Shown here in pieces: positions 24,576 to 35,655 of a stretch of DNA of 64,000 bases. Each line of letters opens with the position of its first letter. Position 1 is the first letter of the stretch. The notes under the pieces were generated by a model, which ran no database searches, was not told where the DNA came from, and saw nothing but the letters and a program-made list of their open reading frames with translations. The stretch lies in NCBI GenBank assembly GCA_977862235.1, contig OZ374557.1:2976001-3040000 (forward strand), given 5' to 3'. The stretch comes from Dudresnaya verticillata (lineage: Eukaryota). The position numbers and the translations under genes are program-made.

Positions 24576-25650
24576 TTAGGAAGTGTTTCTGCTTCTCAAG
24601 TCATATCCGTCCCTATGCCTGTAGATTCTGTTAGTTCGCAAATCTACTTCTCGACTTCGTTCGTGATCACGTCTTCCACGCCGCGGTGTAACGTACTCCA
24701 CGGCCGCACCGGTAGAGTTCTGGAGACAAGCTCTGTAGTAACTCTCAGGAACGTGGCTCCTCCGACAAACTGTAGTGGCGTCACCAATAATTATGAGCAA
24801 TTACTTGGCTCTGCTTGTTGCCACATTGATGGGGCCGGAATCAGATAGAAACCCGATGTCCGCTCTCCTATTGCTGCGTGTGAGCGATATGATTACAATA
24901 CCACGTTCCAGACCTTGAAGAGAATCAATTGAAGATATGTCGATATTTGAGCGTTCTACCCAACCCCTTCTCGAATAGGATGACTTATTCAAGTAACGCT
25001 GCAGGAAAGAAACTTGAGAACGATAAGGTGCTGTAACAAATATATCACCCCGTATTAGTTCGTCCCCACCATAGAGTCTTGCAATGCTGCAGAGACGAGA
25101 TACAATAATGTCTCATCAATAACTTTGGCTTCCAGCGTGTTTGTGAACGACCCTCTTCCTCTGCTGAGCACGAACCGATCCATCGTAACGGATGTATCAA
25201 TGAAGGAGAACGGAGCAAATGATCCCAGGTCGGCCGACAAGTCGTTGTAGGGACGAAAGTAGGGATCACTAGACAACGGGTGTTGCACGACGTCACGGTA
25301 TATCACCTTCGACTGTATCCTGCCGATATCCGGATGCGTGCGATATTGCTGGCACAGCCAAAGAACAGGAAATCGTCCACGATGAACCATTCTCTCTAAC
25401 AACGACATGATTTGGTACTTGAAGTAGTCCTTGTACTCAAACCACTTGTTATGACCTAGGAAGTAGGAGAAGTCATGTTCGTACCGCACGACCGGTGGAA
25501 GTTGGTGATGGTCCCCAGAAGTTACAATGTGAGAACGACGCAAACCCCTATGCAACCTAGCGACGCTAACAATCGGTTTAAGTGCTTCCAACTCTGTTGC
25601 ATGCGAACCTTCATCCGTAATAACTACGTCGAAGCCGACACGAATATCAG
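24576..25650 (-). pseudogene. Upf1/DNA2/NAM7-like SF1 helicase, C-terminal half (motifs II-VI)
   Basis: GFDVVITDEGSHATELEALKP (II), GDHHQLPP (III), SLLERM, LCQQYRTHPDI (IV), TNTLEA, TAPYRSQV, SIDSLQGLE (V), NVATSRAK (VI). N-terminal half replaced by Gypsy pol. Confidence 0.9.
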
Positions 25651-27849
25651 TCTCTTTAACTCCTCAAAGGCGTTAAACTCCGTTTCGGTGAGAGTTCCAA
25701 ACTCGAATACCAGACCCTTGCCGGTTTTCTTGTTGAGTGGCGAAGCAATGCGGTCGAAATTGGGAACGAAGCGTCGATAGAAATTACATAATCCTAGAAA
25801 AGAGCGCAACTCCGTTTGGTTCGTAGGTGGCTTAGCCTCCTTAACGGCGAGAATATTCTTCCAACCACTTCCAGCTGGTCCGGGCGCACTATGTGGCCCA
25901 GATGCTGTACAGAAGTGTCGAAGAAGGCACACTTCGTTAATTTCAGAGTTACACCTGCGGAACGGAGTAGCGTGAGGACCTCCTTAAGGTGTTCGAAGTG
26001 TTCCGTAACGGTGTTTGAATATACAATCACATCATCCAGGTAGACTAAAGCAAATTGCCATTTCACCGTGGATAGGATGATGTCAACCGCCCGTTGGAAA
26101 GTAGCGGGTGCGTTCTTGAGCCCAAAAGGCATTCTCCGGAAGTGGTATAATCCATAATGACTGGAATCTGCCAGTATCCGCTGTTACAATCGAGTATCGA
26201 GAAAATCGAAGCGTCTCCGAGTGAATCGATACAATCTTCCATCCGGGGAAGCGGGTACGCGTCGGATAGTGTCTTCGTATTGCGTCTTCGGTAATCTACG
26301 AAAAAACGAAGTGTTCCGTCTTTATTCGGTGCGAGGACTACGGGGACGCCCACTCCGAGGTGGCTGGTTCGATTACTCCGGCTTCGAGCATACTGTCGAT
26401 CTCATTACGGACCATTTCAAGTATTGCGGGCCCTTGACGGTAGGGCATCGAACGAATAGGTCGAGTCCCGGGTCGTAGATCGATCCGATGTTCCGTGGCT
26501 GCGATCGTTCCGAGGTCTCTCTTCAGCATAGATTCGTGCTTACGTAGCATCTCGAGGACCTTGTTTCGCATAGTTTCATCGGGTATGTTCGAAAGGTCTA
26601 CGCGTTCTTCCCAATCGCGCGAACTCGAATTGGCTTTGGCTGCTGCAGTCGCGGCGCCCTTCGCGAGCGATTTTTCCTCCGTGGATACGGATTCTTCGGG
26701 TGACTTCGAGTCGTCGGGCTCACGTAGCGTAAAGATGTTGAGCACCTTGGCAAACGAATCCGCGACTTCGCAATCCGGTGTCAAAATCGCGAGCGGGTTT
26801 CGAGCTGCGTATCCGATGGCGGTTCGGTAGAGCTCGAGGCTTATCCGTGAAGTTCGCCATAAACACCGAAAACTCGCGATTCGGACTGACTTCGTGTATC
26901 CTGTTCGTTAACCGTACCCCGTGTCGGTGTTGTAACGAAGGTTTTGGTTCGATATGAATTAGTCCGAGTGCTTCCGAGGTCACGGTGCTTCTACGAATAA
27001 CCCGGTATTGTGATGCGGCGGTTGAAACAAATGGTACGGGTGTCTCGGTCCCAATCGTGGATCTCGCGTTGATGTCGCTTCGATAGCGTTTTCTCGAATT
27101 TCTGCTTCGGATTTTTCGAATTAGTAGCGGGCGGAGCCGATCCAGCAATGCGGCTGATAATCGGAATCGTGCTTCCACTCTTCGTGATGAGCCTCCGTGG
27201 GCTGAGCTCAATGCTCCGTAAATGCGTGTCCATCCACGAAGTTCCAAGGAGAACGTCGACTGCGAGTTTCTCCGCAGCCACGAAGGGTACGCGGTATCGA
27301 ACGTTACCAAGGCGGACTGTCAGGTAAACGATACCATCGAGTCGCAACGGGGTGCGATCAGCGGACGCAGCGAGCCTCGGAGCTGATTCCATCGCGGACG
27401 CGTTCTCATCGCTTCCCAACCGGTGGGTAACGCAACCCGGGCTATTAAGTTGTAGCCGGAACACATCTCGACTGCAATCGTATGTGGCGTCATTACGGAG
27501 GCATCGAGGCCAATGGATCCGTTCACGAGGAAGATATCCGAAGTCATCAAGCAAACGTATCCCTCGGTGGTAACCTCGGGTTCGATCTTCAAGATCGGTA
27601 TCTTCTTCGAATTGTTTTCGCACGAAGCGGCTTTCACAAGAACGAGACATCGCTTTCGGTCTCGTAGTCGTGCAGCACGCTTCCTTCGCATCGCAGCGGC
27701 TCTCGGAATCGGAATATGCGGAGTGTCTCGGGGAACGGATTCAGACGAAGTCCGTGACACAACGGGCGTCTTCGCCTTTACTCGTTTTCCGAACTCTAAC
27801 TAGAATCCGAATTACGAGCGTCCACGTCCAAGGGGGTGGTTGCTCTATC
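25651..27849 (-). mobile_element. Ty3/Gypsy pol fragment (degenerate protease and RT)
   Basis: HRIDLRPG, SEWASP, LRFFVDYR, LDCNSGYWQIP, MPFGLKNAPATFQR, VYLDD, LRSFLGLCNFYRRFVPNF. Multiple frameshifts; no LTRs. Confidence 0.95.
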
Positions 27850-28128
27850 ACCTGAAAAGGAATATGAAGAGGTTGGAGTTGAACAAGATGAGAAATGGAA
27901 GTCGCTTGACTTCGTTTACTGCAGTCGACCATCCGACAATTTGAGTCCCGTGCACAGAACGACCAAGAAGCGCAAACCAAGTTAGCAAATCATCGCATTG
28001 GAAGCATGTAGTACCGAATATGTTTTAGAGTTTGCATGAAGGTTGAAGACGTACTCCCTTGCCACATAGTGTAGCGTAGCTACAACTTAGGACACTGAGG
28101 CGTCTCTAAATAAATCACACATTTCGAA
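27850..28128 (+). repeat. Composite of two inverted copies: 27850-27938 = rc of 31556-31644; 27939-28128 = rc of 32542-32731 (LINE 3' end)
   Basis: Direct reverse-complement comparison; a few mismatches in the first piece and about one in the second. Confidence 0.9.
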
Positions 28129-28826
28129 GAAACAGGCGTTTACCGAAGACTCCGAGGTCCGGGCGCTAGTCGTTTACCAGAGACCCTCGGAGGTTGTGCC
28201 AGACGACTGGCTAAGTCATACTACGTGAGCACGAATACACGTCAACGCGGGAGACGGTTCGTACTCGAATGATTCGTAACGGCCTCGGTGCCAACGAACG
28301 GTCGTGTCACGTATGGTGGCGGTTACGAAGTGCGCCAGCGATTAATACGGAGGTGCGCGCGCGTCGTGGGCCTCGGTGCCGTTACGCGCGGGAAACAACG
28401 GGAAAATCACAAAGGTGTCAGCGATTTCGTATCGACTGCGCACTGTTATGCGAATTGCCATCGTGGCGCGCGCAATCACGAAGTCAGCTCGGAATTCGTC
28501 CGGAGGTGTCAGCGATTTCGTATCACGTGCGTGCTGTAATGCGAATGCCATCGCGGCGCGCACAGTATGCGCACTGTAATACGCTTGCCATCGTGGCGTG
28601 CAAATTCACGGAGTCACTTCGAAATTCGTATTTCTCGATTATTTTCACGTAGACCACGGAGTCGTTTTGCGCACAGCGTCTATACCACACGCCACAATGC
28701 ATGCACCGGCTGTCCGCAGTTCTCACACTTGTGAGCACCATCCACTCGGGATAGCTGGGGATCGCACCCACAGCTGCTGGCACACTTTACAAACTCAGAT
28801 AAAGATGCAGGACTCGCCGACGCGAC

Positions 28827-30600
28827 TTATGCGCTTACTCTCTTGCGATCTTGAGTTCTGTCTTGCTCAATCTCGTCCGTATCAGTATCCCAAGGAGCTC
28901 CTTCTTCACCTTCACGGTGCGATAACGTTGCACGACGCCCGACATTTGCGCGACGGCGCGTCTGTGCTGGGACAGGCTCAATTTCATCTCCAGTTTCAGT
29001 AGCGCTGCCAGAAGAAGCTCCTCCGTGGCGTCCAGGGTTAGATAGCGATGCGCGACGCACGACACCTATTCGTCTTCGCTTTGGAGCAGGGACAGGTGTT
29101 ACAACAGGCTGAGTCTCAGAGGTAGTTTCCGGAGCTCTACCAGAAGAAGCTCGCCCGCGGCCTCCGCTTCGAATCTTTGCCCCTGGGCTGGCGCATGGAC
29201 GAGGAATCTCAGCGCTACGGCTACGCTTCTCCACGCGAGGAGACGCGTCGGATCGAACTGCCTCCAGGCGTCTGGTCTCGTGCCATTTCGTCCAACACGA
29301 TTCCCGCTTATCTTTTGCTACACGTACGCAACGCTGAATGTTAAATGTGTACTGCACATTAATTTGCTTCGATATCTCTCCGGCCTTGAGCCGCATAGTG
29401 CGCAGTGCTTCCTTTTTTCGACAAAACTTCGCAAGTGCGGCTGCATCGCCAGGCGGATCGTCATGCCGTCTTTCGTGTTGAAGAAGTCAACGCGATTTCC
29501 TTTTCGTTGTTTTGCCAGCTTCAGCAAGCGGGCTCCTGTCGCGTTATCGAGGTCAACCGTCTCAGCGTTGGGGTCTCTGACGCATCTCTCTCGGTTTCGA
29601 TTCGGTCCGCGTGCCGCAGCAGCTCAGGACAGACTTCAAAGATGAAGTCTCCGAGGGACTGAACCTTTTTCAGAGCAGTTCGGAACTTTTCAACTCCAAA
29701 CGTCAAACGTGTCCATGCTTTCCAGAAGATCACTCCGCTGGCGAGTTCGCTACGAGATGAAAGCATTCACGGCCAAATTGTTGAGAGTCTGAGACACTAG
29801 TTTCTGCTCCCAATTCAGGGGCGAGCGCAGCATGGCGCGGTATTGAGTACGACCGTCAACACCACCTTTGGTTTTTGAGTACAGAGGTTGCGAACCGTGC
29901 TTGAACAGCTTGAGTGGCGGAAGTGGCCCATTTTCCTTCACGCAGGTATTGACAACCTTCCAAAACGACAGACGCTCCTGCATTACACGACGCGAGTCCG
30001 AGTCTGCGAATGCTGGGGCGCTCGCATTGCTGCAGTGCTCCCAGAACACTGCCTGCACTGCACCTAGATTCAGCGTGACCAGACATTGCTCAGAAACGGC
30101 TGTCGGAACTTTGACCACAGCAGCGTATAAACTTCCTGTCTCTCCTGCGGCTATGTAAATGACGTACTCAGCAGACAACACAACGGCACGCTGCAGTATC
30201 TGTCCGCAGTGCTGGCGGGTAATTAGATTCTGAAAGTCTACATCGCCGACCACACAGGTCTTCACATCCATCTTCGTATTGGAAAGAGATCTTTCCAAGC
30301 TTGAAGCCGCTACACTCGTCTTAATCTCCACAGATGCAAGCTGAGGCTCGCTGCTGTCCAATAGACCGAGCGCGTTCGCGTCAATAAGCGCCACAGCATC
30401 CGCTGAACAGGCCAGCCAGTCAGCGTCTTTCCGCGCTACCATTCCGCACTCGAACGGGGCCACGATAAATTCTTTGTTGCACGGAGCTCCGAGAACGGCG
30501 GACTCATTCACCGTTCCGGGCATCATCACCTCGGTGGATCTTGCTCCGGAGAACCATGACTGCACTAAGGACTTGAGCATCGCCGTCTCATCCGTGCGTG
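28827..30600 (-). pseudogene. 5'-truncated piggyBac-like transposase containing a YqaJ/lambda-exonuclease-like domain
   Basis: YqaJ motifs MMPGTVNE, ECGMV..WLACSADA, VEIKT, HCGQILQ..VLSAEYVIYI. These run in frame into LYSKTKGGVD..NWEQKLV..LNNLAVNAFI (piggyBac YN.TKGGVD and LL.IA..NAY). Downstream is a Cys-rich tail KHCALCG..KLMCS../..CVR..ESCWTKWH. Confidence 0.75.
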
Positions 30601-31039
30601 GGTCAGGATGTTGAGGACATGGTCGCTGGCGCCTCACGTCACGGGTCAGGCACCCCAGATGGCACCCTGGCACGCTGTCACCAAACCTTCCGGAGACGAC
30701 AGCCCTTTTTCCGGGCTTCCAAAATCACGGCGCATTTAGGCCTTTTGCAAAAGCAACGTGAAACGGGCTTCTGATTGGTTGTGTCAAACCGCCTCCATGG
30801 TCTATATGTGTTACAAGTGTTGTGCTGGAATTGGCGGTTATAACAGGAACGGCCAAGTGGAACGATCTGATTGGGCCACATGGATGAACGTGGTATGGCA
30901 TGGAATGGTATTGGTATGACGCGCACTGTACGCCACAAGTACATATGAACGTGCCATGCAATGTGCTGATGGCGTCTGAGTTGGTACTGCAGGGACTTGC
31001 GCTACGTGGAGCCTGGCTTGTGATATCAGCAGATGCAGT

Positions 31040-31162
31040 TGTCGTGCGGCCGACACGTTGGTTTACAGTTGCCACGTAGCTGTCGTGCGGCCGACACATT
31101 GGTTTACAGTTGGGACGTAGGTGTCGTGCGGCCGACACGTTGGTTTACAGCTGCCACGTAGG
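31040..31162. repeat. 41-bp tandem repeat x3
   Basis: tgtcgtgcggccgacacgttggtttacagttgccacgtag(c/g), three adjacent copies with few substitutions. Confidence 0.95.
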
Positions 31163-31721
31163 CAAATCTGGGTGATTACGTGGTCAATGATCCAAGTTGG
31201 ATATTCATGGACGGACTTCAGCTCGTAAGTGCGGCCACGTGGTGTGCAGCGTTGTCCGACAGCAGCCATGCGGGGACACTCGATACTTTCACGTTCCCGC
31301 CCAAAGTTGGAGTACATATGGATGGCAGGAAATGCGGTCGCAAGAGGTATTGCTGATTTCAGCAGTTAGCAACACTGGTGTGCAAGTTCCCGCCCATTTT
31401 GGTGGCGGATGTGAGTGTGCTGAGAGTATGATTTGGTAGATTTAATTGCTTTACTTTTTCCCGCCCATTTGATGATAGGGATTTTGGGCGTTTCTTTAAT
31501 GTTTTGTTTTGTTTGTGTTCACGCAGCAACTCATCCGAAAAGCTGATATAAGCCATGTCGGATGGTCGACTGCAGTAAACGAAGTCAAGCGACTTCCATT
31601 TCTCATCTTGTTCAACTTCAACCTCTCCATATTCCCTTTTAGGTTATGGGCCCAGAAGGTCGACCTACGCAGACTTCATCGCTTCGCTGCAACCTTCTTC
31701 CTTTTTCTTTTCATTCTTGAT

Positions 31722-31845
31722 ACTGTCCTGTCCCGTCCTGGCCTGTCCTGTCTGCTTGTGTCCTGTCCTGTCGGCTTGTGTCCTGTCCTGTCTGCTTGTT
31801 GTCTGTTGAAAGTGGTCCCTATCCCACTGTGTCGGCTTGTGTCTC
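31722..31845. repeat. Degenerate (TGTCC)n-like microsatellite
   Basis: ctgtcctgtcccgtcctggcctgtcctgtctgcttgtgtcctgtcctgtc... Confidence 0.8.
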
Positions 31846-32541
31846 TGATTTTGTGAGAGAGTTCTCGAGGCTCTCGTCCGCTGTTGTCTTGGTCCGTGAG
31901 CTTGCTGAGAGGTTGAGTGTTGTGCGTGGTGACTCTCGTTAAGTCAGGACCTCGTTGGCCTAGGGGAGCAGCCTCCAGTAAGATCCAGAACCTTGACACG
32001 GTTGGGCCTAGTTCCATTCCTGCAAGAGACTGGACCTGTTCGTGTGGTGAACACTCGTTTTGAGTTAGTACCCATAAGGTGGACGTCTCGTAAGGATTGC
32101 ATACTTCGTGTCTGTGTGCGCACGACACGAAAGGGCTGCTGAAAGACGCATTTCACCCGGAGAATCATATCCGGGGGCCAGGAGTCCGACTCCTAGGGGT
32201 GACTAGGTAGAACCTGGTGCCAGAACATCCCGCGTCAAAAAGACGTTCAACTATCAAGAATCAACTTTTCAACTTCAAGTTTCAACTTTTCTTCTTCAGT
32301 CCAGGTGATCCCATCATCACCTGAGAGTTTGATTACTCCAAGCGTGGGAGCTACTTGGCAAAGTGTGCTCCGCTTGTGACTGTATTATACTACCGACGTG
32401 TTCGACACATTTCTCAGTTTTCGTCGTCACGTCTTCGTTGTGTGAGCTGCACTGCTCTGCTTAGCACGACTATTACCCTCTGGGCATCGACACTGTTGCA
32501 CTAACAGCACTGCCCCAAGTTCACCAAGTTTTCTAAAACTA

Positions 32542-35500
32542 TTCGAAATGTGTGATTTATTTAGAGACGCCTCAGTGTCCTAAGTTGTAGCTACGCTACA
32601 CTATGTGGCAAGGGAGTACGTCTTCAACCTTCATGCAAACTCTAAAACATATTCGGTACTACATGCTTCCAATGCGATGATTTGCTAACTTGGTTTGTGC
32701 TTCTTGGTCGTTCTGTGCACGGGACTCAAATCCTCGCGTTTGCGCTTCTGACCAACACAGTTTTGGTCATCTAAGACATCCAGAAATGCCTTCAGACTAT
32801 CTAGGAGTCGGGCTTGCACGCCCGCATTCCAACGCTTCACACTCAATCCAGACTCAATTCGGGCTTTGTGCAACCTGTAGACCTCGGGACCAAGTCGAGT
32901 CTTGAGGACATCCGGTTTTCCGGGAAATGACCCACAATACCATCGAATCCCGGCATCTCGCAGCTTACGATCCCTAATGCGTAGAATCGGAACGAATCCA
33001 GAGTCGGGAACTGGAATGCGCCGCCGACGTTGGCGACACAGGCCCTCCCACGAATCACGGAGATCCTGGTTCCTCATGTCCAGAGGACTCTTATTCTGCG
33101 CCCGGAAACTTCGGAATTCTAACATATCTGTCATGGCGAGCACGTCGCCACGGTTGCGGTGAGCTCGTTTTGTGAGGCGTTTACCAAGACTGCGAAGGCG
33201 CAGACGGATACGCTGCAACCAGTCCGGCAGCTTGGCCATCTTCAAATGACGTGGTAGGCGCCCGCGGATGCGGCCACTGCGAGGCCACATAGGCTCTTTG
33301 GCAATGCACCCAAGTGCAAATTCTGCCACTTTGTAGTCCAGCAACTCGAGTTGATGACTCAAATCGCACTTGCCGGCCGTGTCGATCGGCATCAAATGGG
33401 TGCTAAAGTCCGCAACTGGGTAGATATACGTGCGGCAGATGTCCACAAGTCGTGCGCTAGGCACATATTTGCGGTGTACGCCGACCGCCTTGAGTAAGTT
33501 TAGGCGTTGATGAGCGCCTTAACTCGTTCCAAATTCTTGTCAGGTGCCAGTTTGGTACCTTTCAGAGTCACTCCCAGGTACTTTGCAGTGTCTACCACGT
33601 CAATTTTCTGACCATTCAGGTAGTACATTGCTCGTTTGGTGCAGTTTTCGGGCTCCAAAACATGGCATTTTGAAGTTCCCCACTGCATACCTTCAAGATC
33701 AGCCCATTTCGTGGACGCATCTAAGGCCGTTTGGAGGCCGGTACTAGTCTTGGATCGGAGCTTGACGTCGTCAGCAAAGATCGTAATGTCGATTTCTTCA
33801 GCACTTTCGGAGGCCGACATTGACAAATCCATGAACTCAGGATACGAGTCCATGTTGACATTGTACAAAGTCGGACTCGAAGACACGCCTTGAGGCACAC
33901 CCCGCGACACAATTGCAGTGGTGCCGGTGATATCGCCCTTGGTAACTACTGTTGCTGGTTGTAACTCCAGAGCGACCATTGCCGCCGTGGTAGGTGACAT
34001 CTTCTGATTCACTTTCGACATCAACCGCTCGCGGGGTACTGTATCGTATGCCGACTTCAAGTCGAGCACGGCCGTGTACCGGAATCCAGCTTTTGTGCTG
34101 GCTGCATGCCTTAAGATGGCGGTTTCGGTACCAGTTTTCTCACGGAACCCCAACTGAGTCGGATGAAACTGGTACTCCTTACGAATCATAGACGCGATTG
34201 CCTTTGAAAGCATTTGTCGTCCATGCGACACTAGCGCAATCGGTCGATAGCTGGTTGGGTCCGATTTGGGACCCCGTTTGTAAATTGGCACCAGCAGGGA
34301 TGTTTGCCAATCTTGCAATAGGTACCCGAGCTGACTGCATTTCACCCAAAAGAGTCCCAAGACATGCGCAAAGGACTTTGGGGCGACCTTGAATGCTTCG
34401 CTGAAGACTTCATCCGTGCCAACAGTGCCTGTGGCCTTCTTCGGTTTGGCCTTGACTATAGCACGGAAAACGTGAGATTCGAAGTTTCGGGAAGTTTCGA
34501 AGGGCACAATGGGCGGAATATGTCCTTTTCCAGCCCCTGTCGCGAGGTGTTTTGTAAAGTTGGCCAGGTCCAACTTCCCAATTGGTTGGTCTCTCCGAGA
34601 ACCAAGTGGGCCGGATGCGTTTCGGAGCACGGCCTTAACCATTTTGGGACCATCAGTAGGGTCGGAGGACAGGAGAGCTTCTGTCAAACGCAACTTGCAT
34701 CGCCGTTTATTGCGATGCACAAGTGCGCGAACCCGTCGATTGAGGGTCTTTTACTGTTCCCAAGCCTCCGACGTCATGAGTTGAGTGGCTTGTTTGTACT
34801 TCTTCGACCGCAATTTCTTCAGATGATCGAGGTGCCCGTCCCAAAAGTACTTGTAACGACGGGGACGATGTTTGCGGGCAGACTCCCAAGGTTGCAAAGT
34901 CATGGCTTTCAGCCGAGAATACGCGTCCTCCAATTCTTGCGATGTTGTGTACGACGTGATTTCACTGGCAGTGTTCGGAATCTCTTGACGATAGAGATCG
35001 GCTGCCTGACGAAGGAAGGTCGGCTGGCGACGTTGACTTTGGGGTATGCGGGGTATGCCAAGTTTGTAAACGGGGGTGTCCACAATGTTTGCTCGAACTG
35101 CAGAATGATCACTGGCGCCATCCCACAGACCGGAATGAATTTTGGCATCCGGGATGTCAACACCCTTAGTAAGGAAGAGGTCAACAGTACTGGTGCCTTG
35201 ATGAGCTGCAAACGTTGGTGAGGGCGGGGCGTGGACGCACCAACGATGCGCGGTCGTCCATTCAACCAACCATTTACCATGTTGGTTCGAAGTAGTGTCC
35301 CAACGTGTGTGACGGGCATTGAAGTCGCCCATGATGACTGTCTTACCGCGAGTGGAGGACTGTTCGCGGTCCAGACAATCAAAGAAGGTGGTCTTCTGTA
35401 GATGGGGGCGGAGGTATATCATGGCGATATGGGTTCCCCCAACCCGGATTGCTAAAACTTGATAGTCGATTTGAGAATGGCGGAGAATCACAGAGTAGTT

Positions 35501-35655
35501 CACAAGGGGGGCAACCTTCAGAGCCACCCCACCTTGTCCGCGCCACCCACCATGATCTTGAACGACGGAGACGGACTCGTCGAATTGCCGTGAAGCTCGG
35601 AGATCCTGAGGACGAATCCAGGTTTCACAGAGACCAAGGATGTGGTCGGTGTCAG
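32542..35655 (-). mobile_element. Non-LTR retrotransposon (LINE) with APE endonuclease and RT, 5'-truncated, frameshifted
   Basis: APE: ILGLCETW, GDFNARH, PTF..STVDLF, SDH. RT: YRPIALVS, QLGFR, LDLKSAYDTV, GVPQG, FADD, YLGV. C-terminal ORF 32685-33464, then a ~140-bp 3' UTR without an obvious poly(A). Confidence 0.95.

Noticed and set aside
24576..25650. Helitron RepHel helicase
   Set aside because: Motifs (GDxxQLPP, QYRxHP, QGxE, NVAxSRAK) are Upf1/DNA2-type, not Pif1-type, and no HUH Rep domain is visible.
28120..28130. LINE target-site preference for TCGAA (both LINE 3' ends abut ttcgaa)
   Set aside because: The short copy sits next to another piece copied from the same neighbourhood, so it is probably a local templated duplicate and not an independent insertion.
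31040..31162. CRISPR-like array
   Set aside because: The three 41-bp units are contiguous with no unique spacers, there are no cas genes, and the context is eukaryotic TE DNA.
34364..35221. Long + strand ORFs opposite TE genes (also 51355-52137, 51963-52499, 55239-55853)
   Set aside because: Antisense shadows of RT/RNase H/gag coding sequence with no independent motifs.
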